From Azolla caroliniana (Eukaryota > Plantae > Polypodiophyta), in assembly GCA_043228905.1 (NCBI GenBank), contig JBHGNT010000010.1:62001-126000 (forward strand): a stretch of DNA of 64,000 bases. Direction: 5' to 3'. The position numbers and the translations under genes were made by a program. Each line of letters opens with the position of its first letter. Positions within the stretch are counted from its first letter, which is position 1. The notes beneath the pieces are model-generated. The model was not told the origin of the DNA. It saw only the letters and a program-made list of their open reading frames with translations, and ran no database searches. Shown one piece after another: positions 1 through 10,536 of this stretch.

Positions 1-3000
1 ACGAGCCAGGTATGAACATTTTAATTTACCTCATAGCTCTTCTCAACTCACTCCTCAAATTTGGTAATCTCATCATGTCTCTCGACCTGAGTTTCAAAAT
101 CTTGATTTTTTAATTCCATATCATAGCTAGCGTTGTTAGCTTCAATTCGCATGTTTGAACACAAAATTCTGATATCACACGAGCCAGGTATGAATATTTT
201 AATTTACTCAAGGGCTTCTCTCAACTCACTCCTCAAATTTGGTAATCTCATCATGTCTCTCGACGTGAGTTTCAAAATCTTGATTTTTTAATTCCATATC
301 ATAGCTAGCGTTGTTAACTTCGATTCGCATGTTTGAACACAAAATTCTGATATCACACGAGCCAGGTATGAATATTTTAATTTACTCAAGGGCTTCTCTC
401 AACTCACTCCTCAAATTTGGTAATCTCATCATGTCTCTCGACCTGAGTTTCAAAATCTTGATTTTTTAATTCCATATCATAGCTAGCGTTGTTAGCTTCG
501 ATTCGCATGTTTGAACACAAAAATCTGATATCACACGAGCCAGGTATGAACATTTTAATTTACTCAAGGCCTTCTCTCAACTCACTCCTCAAATTTGGTA
601 ATCTCATCATGTCTCTTGACCTGAGTTTGAAAATCTTGATTTTGTAATTCCATATCATAGCTAGCGTTGTTAGCTTGGATTTGCATGTTTGAACACAAAA
701 ATCCGATATCACACGAGCCAGGTATGAACATTTTAATTTACCTCATAGGTCTTCTCAACTCACTCCTCAAATTTGGTAATCTCATCATGTCTCTCGACCT
801 GAGTTTCAAAATCTTGATTTTTTAATTCCATATCATAGCTAGCGTTGTTAGCTTCAATTCGCATGTTTGAACACAAAATTCTGATATCACACGAGCCAGG
901 TATGAATATTTTAATTTACTCAAGGGCTTCTCTCAACTCACTCCTCAAATTTGGTAATCTCATCATGTCTCTCGACGTGAGTTTCAAAATCTTGATTTTT
1001 TAATTCCATATCATAGCTAGCGTTGTTAACTTCGATTCGCATGTTTGAACACAAAATTCTGATATCACACGAGCCAGGTATGAATATTTTAATTTACTCA
1101 AGGGCTTCTCTCAACTCACTCCTCAAATTTGGTAATCTCATCATGTCTCTCGACCTGAGTTTCAAAATCTTGATTTTTTAATTCCATATCATAGCTAGCG
1201 TTGTTAGCTTCGATTCGCATGTTTGAACACAAAAATCCGATATCACACGAGCCAGGTATGAACATTTTAATTTACTCAAGGGCTTCTCTCAACTCACTCC
1301 TCAAATTTGGTAATCTCATCATGTCTCTTGACCTGAGTTTGAAAATCTTGATTTTTTAACTCCATATCATAGCTAGCGTTGTTAGCTTCGATTCGCATGT
1401 TTGAACACAAAATTCTGATATCACACGAGCCAGGTATGAACATTTTAATTTACCTCATAGCTCTTCTCAACTCACTCCTCAAATTTGGTAATTTCGTCAT
1501 GGCTCTCGACCTGAGTTTCAAAATCTTGATTTTTTAATTCCATATCATAGCTAGCGTAGTTAGCTTCGATTCGCATGTTTGAACACAAAATTCCGATATC
1601 ACACGAGCCAGGTATGAACATTTTAATTTACCTCATAGCTCTTCTCAACTCACTCCTCAAATTTGGTAATCTCATCATGTCTCTCGACCTGAGTTTCAAA
1701 ATCTTGATTTTTTAATTCCATATCATAGCTAGCGTTGTTAGCTTCGATTCGCATGTTTGACCACGAAATTCTGATATCACACGAGCCAGGTATGAACATT
1801 TTAATTTACCTCATAGCTCTTCTCAACTCACTCCTCAAATTTGGTAATCTCATCATGTCTCTCGACCTGAGTTTCAAAATCTTGATTTTTTAATTCCATA
1901 TCATAGCTAGCGTTGTTAGCTTCGATTCGCATGTTTGACCACGAAATTCTGATATCACACGAGCCAGGTATGAACATTTTAATTTACCTCATAGCTCTTC
2001 TCAACTCACTCCTCAAATTTGGTAATCTCCTCATGTCTCTCGACGTGAGTTTGAAAATCTTGATTTTTTAATTCCATATCATAGCTAGCGTTGTTAGCTT
2101 GGATTTGCATGTTTGAACACAAAAATCCGATATCACACGAGCCAGGTATGAACATTTTAATTTACCTCATAGCTCTTCTCAACTCACTCCTCAAATTTGG
2201 TAATCTCATCATGTCTCTCGACCTGAGTTTCAAAATCTTGATTTTTTAATTCCATATCATAGCTAGCGTTGTTAGCTTCAATTCGCATGTTTGAACACAA
2301 AATTCTGATATCACACGAGCCAGGTATGAATATTTTAATTTACTCAAGGGCTTCTCTCAACTCACTCCTCAAATTTGGTAATCTCATCATGTCTCTCGAC
2401 GTGAGTTTGAAAATCTTGATTTTTTAATTCCATATCATAGCTAGCGTTGTTAGCTTCGATTCGCATGTTTGAACACAAAATTCTGATATCACACGAGCCA
2501 GGTATGAACATTTTAATTTACTCAAGGGCTCCTCTCAACTCCCTCCTCAAGTTTGCTATTTTCGTCATGTCTCTCGACCTGAATTTTAAAATCTTGATTT
2601 TTTAATTCCATATCATAGCTAGCGTTGTTAGCTTCGATTCGCATGTTTGAACACAAAACTCCGATACCACACGAGCCAGGTATGAACAGTTTAATTTACT
2701 CCAGGCCTCCTCTCAACTCCCTCCTAAAGTTTGCTATTTTCGTCATGTCTCTCGACCTGAGTTTCAAAATCTTGATTTTTTAATTCCATATCATAGGTAG
2801 CGTTGTTAGCTTCGATTCGCATGTTTGCACACAAAAATCCAATATCACACGAGCCAGGTATGAACAGTTTAATTTACTCAAGGGCTCCTCCCAACTCCCT
2901 CCTCAAGTTTGCTATTTTCGTCATGTCTCTCGACCTGAGTTTCAAAATCTTGATTTTTTAATTCCATATCATAGCTAGTGTTGTTAGCTTCGATTCGCAT

Positions 3001-5177
3001 GTTTGAACATAAAAATCCGATATCACACGAGCCAGGTATGAACATTTTAATTTACCTACTAGCTCTTGTCAACTCACTCCTCAAATTTGGTAATTTCGTC
3101 ATATCTCTCGACCTGAGTTTTTAAAATCTTGATTTTTTAATTCCATATCATAGCTAGCGTTGTTAGCTTCGATTCGCATGTTTGAACACAAAACTCCGAT
3201 TTCACACGAATCAGGTATGAACAGTTTAATTTACTCCAGGCCTCCTCTCAACTCCCTCCTAAAGTTTGCTATTTTCGTCATGTCTCTCGACCTGAGTTTC
3301 AAAATCTTGATTTTTTAATTCCATATCATAGCTAGCGTTGTTAGCTTCGATTCGCATGTTTGAACACAAAAATCCGATATCACACGAACCAGGTGTGAAC
3401 ATTTAAATTTACCTACTAGCTCTTCTCAACTCACTCCTCAAATTTGGTAATTTCGTCATATCTCTCGACCTGACTTTCAAAATCTTGATTTTTTAATTCC
3501 ATATCATAGCTAGCGTTGTTAGCTTCGATTCGCATGTTTGAACACAAAAATCCGATATCACACGAGCCAGGTATGAACAGTTTAATTTACTCAAGGGCTC
3601 CTCCCAACTCCCTCCTCAAGTTTGCTATTTTCGTCATGTCTCTCGACCTGAGTTTCAAAATCTTGATTTTTTAATTCCATATCATAGCTAGCGTTGTTAG
3701 CTTCGATACGCATGTTTGAACACAAAAATCCGATATCACACGAGCCAGGTATGAACATTTAAATTTACCTACTAGCTATTCTCAACTCACTCCTCAAATT
3801 TGGTAATTAAGTCATGTCTCTCGACCTGAGTTTCAAAATCTTGATTTTTTAATACCATATCATACCTAGCATTGTTAGCTTCGATTCGCATGTTTGAACA
3901 CAAAAATCCGATATCACACGAGCCAGGTATGAACATTTAAATTTACCTACTAGCTCTTCTCAACTCACTCCTCAAATTTGGTAATTTCGTCATATCTCTC
4001 GACCTGAGTTTCAAAATCTTGATTTTTTAATTCCATATTATAGCTAGCGTTGTTAGCTTCGATTCGCATGTTTGAACACAAAAATCCGATATCACACGAG
4101 CCAGGTATGAACAGTTTAATTTACTCAAGGGCTCCTCCCAACTCCCTCCTCAAGTTTGCTATTTTCGTCATGTCTCTCGACCTGAGTTTCAAAATCTTGA
4201 CTTTTTAATTCCATATCATAGCTAGCGTTGTTAGCTTCGATTATGATGTTTGAACACAGAAATCCGATATCACACGAGCCAGGTATGAACATTTTAATTT
4301 ACTGAAGGGCTGTTCTCAACTCCCTCGTCAAGTTTGCTATTTTCGTCATGTCTCTCGACCTGAGTTTCAAAATATTGATTTTTTAATTCCATATCATAGG
4401 TAGCGTTGTTAGCTTCGATTTGCATGTTTGAACACAAAAATCCGATATAACACGAGCCAGGTATGAACAGTTTAATTTACTCAAGGGCTCCTCCCAACTC
4501 CCTCCTCAAGTTTGCTATTTTCGTCATGTCTCTCGACCTGAGTTTCAAAATCTTGATTTTTTAATTCCATATCATTGCTAGCGTTGTTAGCTTCGATTCG
4601 CATGTTTGAACACAAAAATCCGATATCACACGAGCCAGGTATGAACATTTTAATTTACCTACTAGCTCTTCTCAACTCACTCCTCAAATTTGGTAATTTC
4701 GTCATATCTCTCGACCTGAGTTTCAAAATCTTGATTTTTTAATTCCATATCATAGCTAGCGTTGTTAGCTTCGATTCGCATGTTTGAACACAAAAATCCG
4801 ATATCACACGAGCCAGGTATGAACATTTAAATTTACCTACTAGCTCTTCTCAACTCACTCCTCAAATTTGGTAATTTCGTCATATCTCTCGACCTGAGTT
4901 TCAAAATCTTGATTTTTTAATTCCATATCATAGCTAGCGTTGTTAGCTTCGATTCGGATGTTTGAACACAAAAATCCGATATCACACGAGCCAGGTATGA
5001 ACAGTTTAATTTACTCAAGGGCTCCTCCCAACTCCCTCCTCAAGTTTGCTATTTTCGTCATGTCTCTCGACCTGAGTTTCAAAATCTTGATTTTTTAATT
5101 CCATATCATAGCTAGCGTTGTTAGCTTCGATACGCATGTTTGAACACAAAAATCCGATATCACACGAGCCAGGTATG
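1..5177 (+). repeat. 178-bp tandem satellite array, segment 1 (centromere-type satellite)
   Basis: ACGAGCCAGGTATGAA recurs at 1, 179, 357, 535 and onward (period 178). Monomer consensus: ...CACACGAGCCAGGTATGAACATTTTAATTTACTCA...CTTCTCAACTC(A/C)CTCCTCAAATTTGGTAAT...GTCTCTCGACCTGAGTTTCAAAATCTTGATTTTTTAATTCCATATCATAGCTAGCGTTGTTAGCTTCGATTCGCATGTTTGAACACAAAAATCCGATAT. Centromeric role is inferred only from the nucleosome-sized monomer and array size. Confidence 0.97.
5173..5177 (+). other. 5-bp target-site duplication GTATG (second copy at 10537-10541)
   Basis: GCCAG-GTATG-[TG...CA]-GTATG-AACATTTAAA. Removing the element and one copy restores an intact satellite monomer. Confidence 0.97.
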
Positions 5178-5800
5178 TGTTGGGATTTCGGTCCCTTCAG
5201 ATGGGATGGTCGGATGTCGGAGGCCAAAGTCGACAAGCCCGGTTCCGGTTTCGGAACCGGATGATGAAGACCCCTACTTCTGAGTCGGATGACGAATGTA
5301 CCCGAAGAAGAGATCCGGATGCAGGGACATATCCGTGAATATGTCTGCTAAGGGCCCCTCTGAGGCTATAGTTGTAAATAGCCCTAAAGTCATATATGTA
5401 TAAATATGACTTAGGGCAAACAGTTTTGTTGTTGCTTCTCATTTTTCTGTTTTTACCACTTAAGAGGAGTGAAGAGAGAGAGCAACCGTGAGAGAGAGAG
5501 AGAGATAGAGCGCGAGAGAGAAAGAGGACGACGCCTCTGTGTATTTCCGCCGCCTGTGGTGAGGACAGCGAGCTCAAGGTCGTCGCCTTGGAGCTCGCCA
5601 CTGTATACTTCTCTTTGCATAGTGTTGTTTGGAGTCTTGTACTCCCGTGGTTTTTCCCATCTAGGGTTTTCCACGTTAAATCCCTGTGTGCTCGTGTTTT
5701 GTCTCTTTCCCGGAGAGGTTCCTATTTTCTGCTCCATTGATCAGCGATTACGCGGTTGTGGCCGAGCGGTGAAGGTGAATAGAAGCACCTATTCCTTACA
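5178..5800 (+). repeat. 5' LTR (623 bp)
   Basis: Starts TGTTGGGATTTC, ends CCTTACA. Direct repeat of 9914-10536 (offset 4736). Confidence 0.97.
5399..5405 (+). promoter_or_regulatory. Probable LTR TATA box (TATAAAT), lying mostly in the loop of an inverted repeat at 5381-5417; second copy at 10135-10141
   Basis: GCCCTAAAGTCATAT-ATGTATAA-ATATGACTTAGGGC, at a plausible position near the U3/R boundary. Confidence 0.65.
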
Positions 5801-5803
5801 ATC

Positions 5804-5815
5804 TGGTATCAGAGC
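5804..5815 (+). promoter_or_regulatory. Primer-binding site for initiator tRNA-Met
   Basis: TGGTATCAGAGC, 3 nt after the 5' LTR. This is the canonical plant tRNA-iMet PBS. Confidence 0.95.
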
Positions 5816-5829
5816 GACTGTTGCAGAAA

Positions 5830-8800
5830 ATGGAAGGCGGCGGCAGCGGGCAGCCGATGATGATGGTGCTGAATGCACAGAATTACGCCGACTGGAAGAT
5901 CAAGATGGAGGATCTTCTGATTGTTCGGGACCTGTACGAACCGATTGACAGGTCGGAAATACCGAAAGGGGTACTTGAGTCGGAGTGGAAGCTCCTGAAC
6001 CGGAAAGCCGTAGCGACGATCCGACAATATGTCGATGTAAGCGTCCTACAACATGTGGCGAATGACACCAACGCATATGAGATGTGGAAGAAGCTGTCGG
6101 GCCTCTACGAGAGGAAGAATGCGTTGAACCGGACGTCCCTGATGAGGAAGATAGTGAACCTCAAGTACCGGGACGGCGAGAGTATGGTCGAACACGTAAG
6201 CACTTTCATGGGATTCGTGAATCAGCTTGCGGCGATCAAGTTCCCGTTGGAGGATGCAATGCAAGCCATCATCCTGATGTGTACATTGCCAGAAAGCTGG
6301 GAGAACTTGGTGGTGACTCTCAGCACCTCCTGCACCGAAGATAACTTGTCCTTACAAACGGTAAAGACAAGTATTTTGAATGAAGAAGCGCGTCGGAGAG
6401 ATAAGGAACCGACCTCCGACCCGAAGATGTTGTTTACCGAATCGGATCGGGGAAGACAATGGAACCGGAGTCCGCAAAGACGGGAGAAGTCGGGGACCCG
6501 GTCGCAGTCAAGAGGAAGACCCACATGCTTCCACTGTGGGAAGCCGGGACACTTCCGAAAGAATTGTCGGCATTACCGAAAAGACAACGGAGCCGACGAC
6601 ACCGATTCGAAGAAGTCACCAGAGAGAAACGGTGCATACCGGGGAACCATGGACCGGAGAGGTTCGGATCGGCGAGGGCAGGACCGGAAAGGAACAACGG
6701 CACTCGCGGCAAGTGAGGAAGAAATCATGCTCATCACCGAAGAAGGAGAGCTAAACATTGCCGGCGATGAGACGACCTGGGTGGTCGACTCCGGAGCGTC
6801 GTTCCACCTGACCCCGGAGAGAAGATACTTTTCATCCTACACAGCCGGTGAGCATGGCTGTGTTCGGATGGGAAATGAAGGTACGTGCCGGATTGCCGGC
6901 ATCGGAGACGTGTGGTTGACAACCCCGACCGGATGCAAAATGCTGCTGAAGGATGTCCGACACGTTCCGGAGGTTCGATTGAACCTGATTTCGGCCGGAA
7001 GGCTAGACGATGAAGGCTACACGGGTAGCATCCGGAACGGCGTAATGAAGTTCAGCAAGGGGACCCTGATAGTGGCTCGGGCCCGGAAGGTCAACACACT
7101 ATACCTGATTAATGCCCGGTTATGTCCGGAAGAGCTGAATGTGGCAGCCGACACTGCCGGTGAGCTGTGGCACAAGAGACTGTGCCACATGAGCGAGAAG
7201 GGGATGAAGAGGCTTGCAGAAGACAACCTCATTCCAGTGAAGCATGTGCACCTGGAGAAGTGCACCGATTGCCTGGCCGGTAAGCAGAACCGAACCTCCT
7301 TCCACTCAAGGCCACCGACGAGACGTAGCGCACCATTGGAGTTGGTGCACACCGACGTGTGTCAGGTAGAAACGAAGTCACATGGCGGAGCCCAGTACTT
7401 CGTAACATTCATAGATGACCACAGCCGAAGACTGTGGACGGCACCTTTGAAGACAAAGGACCAAGTATTGTCCGTCTTCAAAGAACTCCACGCGAGGTTG
7501 GAAAGGGAATCCGGCAAGAAGCTGAAAGCGATACGAGCGGATAACGGAGGGGAATACCGAGGGCAGTTCCAGGAGTACTGTCGCTCGAAGGGAATCCGAC
7601 TCGAGTTTACTGTGCCGAAGACGCCGGAACTGAACGGGCTGGCCGAGAGGATGAACCGGACCGTAATGGAGAGGGTCCGGAGTATGCTGGCGCATGCGAA
7701 ACTACCCAAGGGATTTTGGGCTGAGGCAGTGTCGACGGCGACGTATGTGATAAATAGATCACCCTCAGTACCTTTGGACGGAGACACGCCGCAGAGAGTG
7801 TGGACCGGTAGGGAAGTATCCTACCGGCATCTGAAGGTGTTCGGGTGTCTCGCATACGTGCATGTGGCAAAGGACCGGAGAGGAAAGCTAGATCCAAAGA
7901 CCCGGCCATGCATATTCCTCGGTTACGGCGACGACGAGTTCGGCTACCGAGTATGGGACCCGGTCGACAAGAAGATATTCAGGAGTCGAGATATCATCTT
8001 CATGGAGGACAAGACACTCGCCGACTGGGAGTCGGAGAAGAAGATGAAGAGCTCCAAGTCGACCGGTGAGGATCAACTCTACGAGGAGCAGTCCCGACCG
8101 GCAAGGGACCGGTTAACACTCAAGGATCCGGCCGAAGACGATGAAGAAACAGAACCGGCCGAAGAAGATGAAAATGATACCGGAACCGGCCCCGATCCCG
8201 AAATGGATTCGGATGAAGAAGAATCGGAAGAACCGGTCACCGAAGCTCCGGAACGGAGATATCCTCTAAGAGAGAGAAGGGCCCCCCGGAGATTTCCGGA
8301 ACCAGAGCACGTGCTGCTAACCGACGAAGGGGAGCCGGAAAGCCTTGAAGAAGCAAAACATGACACCCAGAGCCGCAGGTGGTTGAGTGCCATGCAGGAC
8401 GAGATGGATTCCCTACATGAGAACCACACATATGAACTTGTGGAGCTGCCGAAAGGAAAACGGGCACTCCGTAACAAGTGGGTGTTCAAGCTGAAACCGG
8501 GAGATGCCGAAAACCCCCCGAGATACAAAGCCAGGATCGTGGTGAAGGGGTTCCAGCAGAAGAAGGGCGTCGACTTCGACGAAATATTTGCCCCGGTAGT
8601 AAAGATGACCTCCATCCGGACGGTGCTGAGCATAGCGGCAAGCATGGACCTCGAGGTAGAACAGATGGACGTGAAGACGGCATTCCTTCACGGTGACCTC
8701 GAAGAAGAGATCTACATGCAGCAACCGGAAGGATTCGAGAAGAAAGGGAAGGAGCACCTGGTATGCCGGTTGAAGAAGAGCCTTTACGGACTGAAGCAGG

Positions 8801-9903
8801 CCCCCCGACAATGGTACCGAAAGTTCGACTCTTTCATGACCGACGAAGGGTACCTCAAAACGCAGTCCGACCACTGCGTGTTTGTGAAGAAGTTCGAAGG
8901 AGGAGACTTTCTAATACTCCTCCTGTATGTGGACGACATGTTGATCGTCGGACGGGACCAGGTCAAGATACGGATGCTGAAGAAGGCTCTTCACCGAACC
9001 TTCTCAATGAAGGACCTGGGTTCGGCGAGACAAATTCTAGGGATGCACATCATCCGGGACCGGAAGAAGAAGCTGTTGTGGCTGTCACAGGAGAAGTACG
9101 TGATGAAGGTGCTTCACCGGTTCAACATGTCGGAAGCAAGACCGGTCGGATCGACCCTCCCGGCAAACTGCAAGCTGTCCAGCAAGCAAAGTCCCAAGAC
9201 AAAGGCTGCAAAGGAGGATATGATGAAAGTGCCGTATGCCTCAGCCGTCGGGAGCTTGATGTACGCCATGGTGTGTACGAGACCGGACATAGGATATGCA
9301 GTCGGAGTGGTGAGCCGGTACATGAGCAATCCCGGCAAAGAGCATTGGAACGCGGCCAAGTGGATACTCCGATACCTGAAGGGCACGGCAAATGTGTGCC
9401 TCCGATTCGGCTCCGGTAAGCCCGAACTCGACGGCTTCACCGATTCGGATATGTCGGCTGATGCAGATACCAGCCGGTCCACATCAGGGTATGTGATGAC
9501 GTATGCAGGGGGAGCTGTTTCATGGCAGTCGAGGCTGCAGAAGACGGTTGCGTTGTCAACCACGGAGGCGGAGTACATGGCAGCTGTTGAAGCCGGCAAG
9601 GAAGTAATATGGATGAAGGACTTCATTAGAGAGCTCGGTATCCGGCAGGAGGAGTACCGACTCTACTGCGACAGTCAGAGTGCAATCCACCTTGCGAAGA
9701 ACGCGGCCTATCACGCCCGGACAAAGCACATCCAGCGAAGATATCACTGGATCCGGGAAAGGATAGAAGACAAGGAGTTCGTGCTGACGAAGATCCACAC
9801 GGACGAGAACGGGTCGGATATGCTGACCAAGGTGCTCACACCCGACAAGCTGGAAGCATGCCGGAAGAGGATCGGACTGGAGAGACATCCCATGCCGAAG
9901 TGA
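5830..9903 (+). CDS. Copia gag-pol polyprotein (1357 aa from ATG 5830): gag, CCHC zinc knuckle, aspartic protease, integrase, reverse transcriptase, RNase H
   Basis: Uninterrupted ORF. Motifs: CFHCGKPGHFRKNC (6526-6567); WVVDSGAS protease (~6778-6801); LWHKRLCH..CTDC, VHTDVC, DNGGEY, NGLAERMN and GKLDPK integrase; MDVKTAFLHG, SLYGLKQAPRQW and YVDDML RT; DSD, TEAEY, DSQSA and TKHI RNase H. The ORF track starts at TTG 5821, but the first ATG is 5830. Confidence 0.97.
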   Translation: MEGGGSGQPMMMVLNAQNYADWKIKMEDLLIVRDLYEPIDRSEIPKGVLESEWKLLNRKAVATIRQYVDVSVLQHVANDTNAYEMWKKLSGLYERKNALNRTSLMRKIVNLKYRDGESMVEHVSTFMGFVNQLAAIKFPLEDAMQAIILMCTLPESWENLVVTLSTSCTEDNLSLQTVKTSILNEEARRRDKEPTSDPKMLFTESDRGRQWNRSPQRREKSGTRSQSRGRPTCFHCGKPGHFRKNCRHYRKDNGADDTDSKKSPERNGAYRGTMDRRGSDRRGQDRKGTTALAASEEEIMLITEEGELNIAGDETTWVVDSGASFHLTPERRYFSSYTAGEHGCVRMGNEGTCRIAGIGDVWLTTPTGCKMLLKDVRHVPEVRLNLISAGRLDDEGYTGSIRNGVMKFSKGTLIVARARKVNTLYLINARLCPEELNVAADTAGELWHKRLCHMSEKGMKRLAEDNLIPVKHVHLEKCTDCLAGKQNRTSFHSRPPTRRSAPLELVHTDVCQVETKSHGGAQYFVTFIDDHSRRLWTAPLKTKDQVLSVFKELHARLERESGKKLKAIRADNGGEYRGQFQEYCRSKGIRLEFTVPKTPELNGLAERMNRTVMERVRSMLAHAKLPKGFWAEAVSTATYVINRSPSVPLDGDTPQRVWTGREVSYRHLKVFGCLAYVHVAKDRRGKLDPKTRPCIFLGYGDDEFGYRVWDPVDKKIFRSRDIIFMEDKTLADWESEKKMKSSKSTGEDQLYEEQSRPARDRLTLKDPAEDDEETEPAEEDENDTGTGPDPEMDSDEEESEEPVTEAPERRYPLRERRAPRRFPEPEHVLLTDEGEPESLEEAKHDTQSRRWLSAMQDEMDSLHENHTYELVELPKGKRALRNKWVFKLKPGDAENPPRYKARIVVKGFQQKKGVDFDEIFAPVVKMTSIRTVLSIAASMDLEVEQMDVKTAFLHGDLEEEIYMQQPEGFEKKGKEHLVCRLKKSLYGLKQAPRQWYRKFDSFMTDEGYLKTQSDHCVFVKKFEGGDFLILLLYVDDMLIVGRDQVKIRMLKKALHRTFSMKDLGSARQILGMHIIRDRKKKLLWLSQEKYVMKVLHRFNMSEARPVGSTLPANCKLSSKQSPKTKAAKEDMMKVPYASAVGSLMYAMVCTRPDIGYAVGVVSRYMSNPGKEHWNAAKWILRYLKGTANVCLRFGSGKPELDGFTDSDMSADADTSRSTSGYVMTYAGGAVSWQSRLQKTVALSTTEAEYMAAVEAGKEVIWMKDFIRELGIRQEEYRLYCDSQSAIHLAKNAAYHARTKHIQRRYHWIRERIEDKEFVLTKIHTDENGSDMLTKVLTPDKLEACRKRIGLERHPMPK

Positions 9904-9911
9904 AGGGGGAG
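9902..9911 (+). promoter_or_regulatory. Polypurine tract
   Basis: GAAGGGGGAG, overlapping the TGA stop and ending 2 nt before the 3' LTR. Confidence 0.9.
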
Positions 9912-9913
9912 TT

Positions 9914-10536
9914 TGTTGGGATTTCGGTCCCTTCAGATGGGATGGTCGGATGTCGGAGGCCAAAGTCGACAAGCCCGGTTCCGGTTTCGGAACCGGATGA
10001 TGAAGACCCCTACTTCTGAGTCGGATGACGAATGTACCCGAAGAAGAGATACGGATGCAGGGACATATCCGTGAATATGTCTGCTAAGGGCCCCTCTGAG
10101 GCTATAGTTGTAAATAGCCCTAAAGTCATATATGTATAAATATGACTTAGGGCAAACAGTTTTGTTGTTGCTTCTCATTTTTCTGTTTTTACCACTTAAG
10201 AGGAGTGAAGAGAGAGAGCAACCGTGAGAGAGAGAGAGAGATAGAGCGCGAGAGAGAAAGAGGACGACGCCTCTGTGTATTTCCGCCGCCTGTGGTGAGG
10301 ACAGCGAGCTCAAGGTCGTCGCCTTGGAGCTCGCCACTGTATACTTCTCTTTGCATAGTGTTGTTTGGAGTCTTGTACTCCCGTGGTTTTTCCCATCTAG
10401 GGTTTTCCACGTTAAATCCCTGTGTGCTCGTGTTTTGTCTCTTTCCCGGAGAGGTTCCTATTTTCTGCTCCATTGATCAGCGATTACGCGGTTGTGGCCG
10501 AGCGGTGAAGGTGAATAGAAGCACCTATTCCTTACA
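9914..10536 (+). repeat. 3' LTR (623 bp)
   Basis: Matches the 5' LTR except C5315 vs A10051, also seen as ASGSLL vs ASVSLL in the paired minus-strand ORFs. Confidence 0.97.

Larger units (their letters stand above)
5178..10536 (+). mobile_element. Full-length Ty1/copia LTR retrotransposon, Tto1/Tnt1-like (Tork lineage), 5359 bp
   Basis: Two 623-bp direct repeats (TGTTGG...TTACA), GTATG duplicated at 5173-5177 and 10537-10541, PBS, PPT, and a single ORF in gag-PR-IN-RT-RH (copia) order. The gag N-terminus (MMVLNAQNYADWKIKMEDLL...TLPESWENLVVTLS...ILNEEARRR) resembles Tto1 as recalled from memory. Confidence 0.97.

Noticed and set aside
1-5177. Identity with Arabidopsis thaliana CEN178
   Set aside because: Same length, but I do not recognise CEN178 sequence motifs in this monomer. 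The host species cannot be assigned without a search.
5804-5815. tRNA gene
   Set aside because: Only the 12-nt PBS complementary to tRNA-iMet, with no cloverleaf. No tRNA or rRNA genes were seen in the window.
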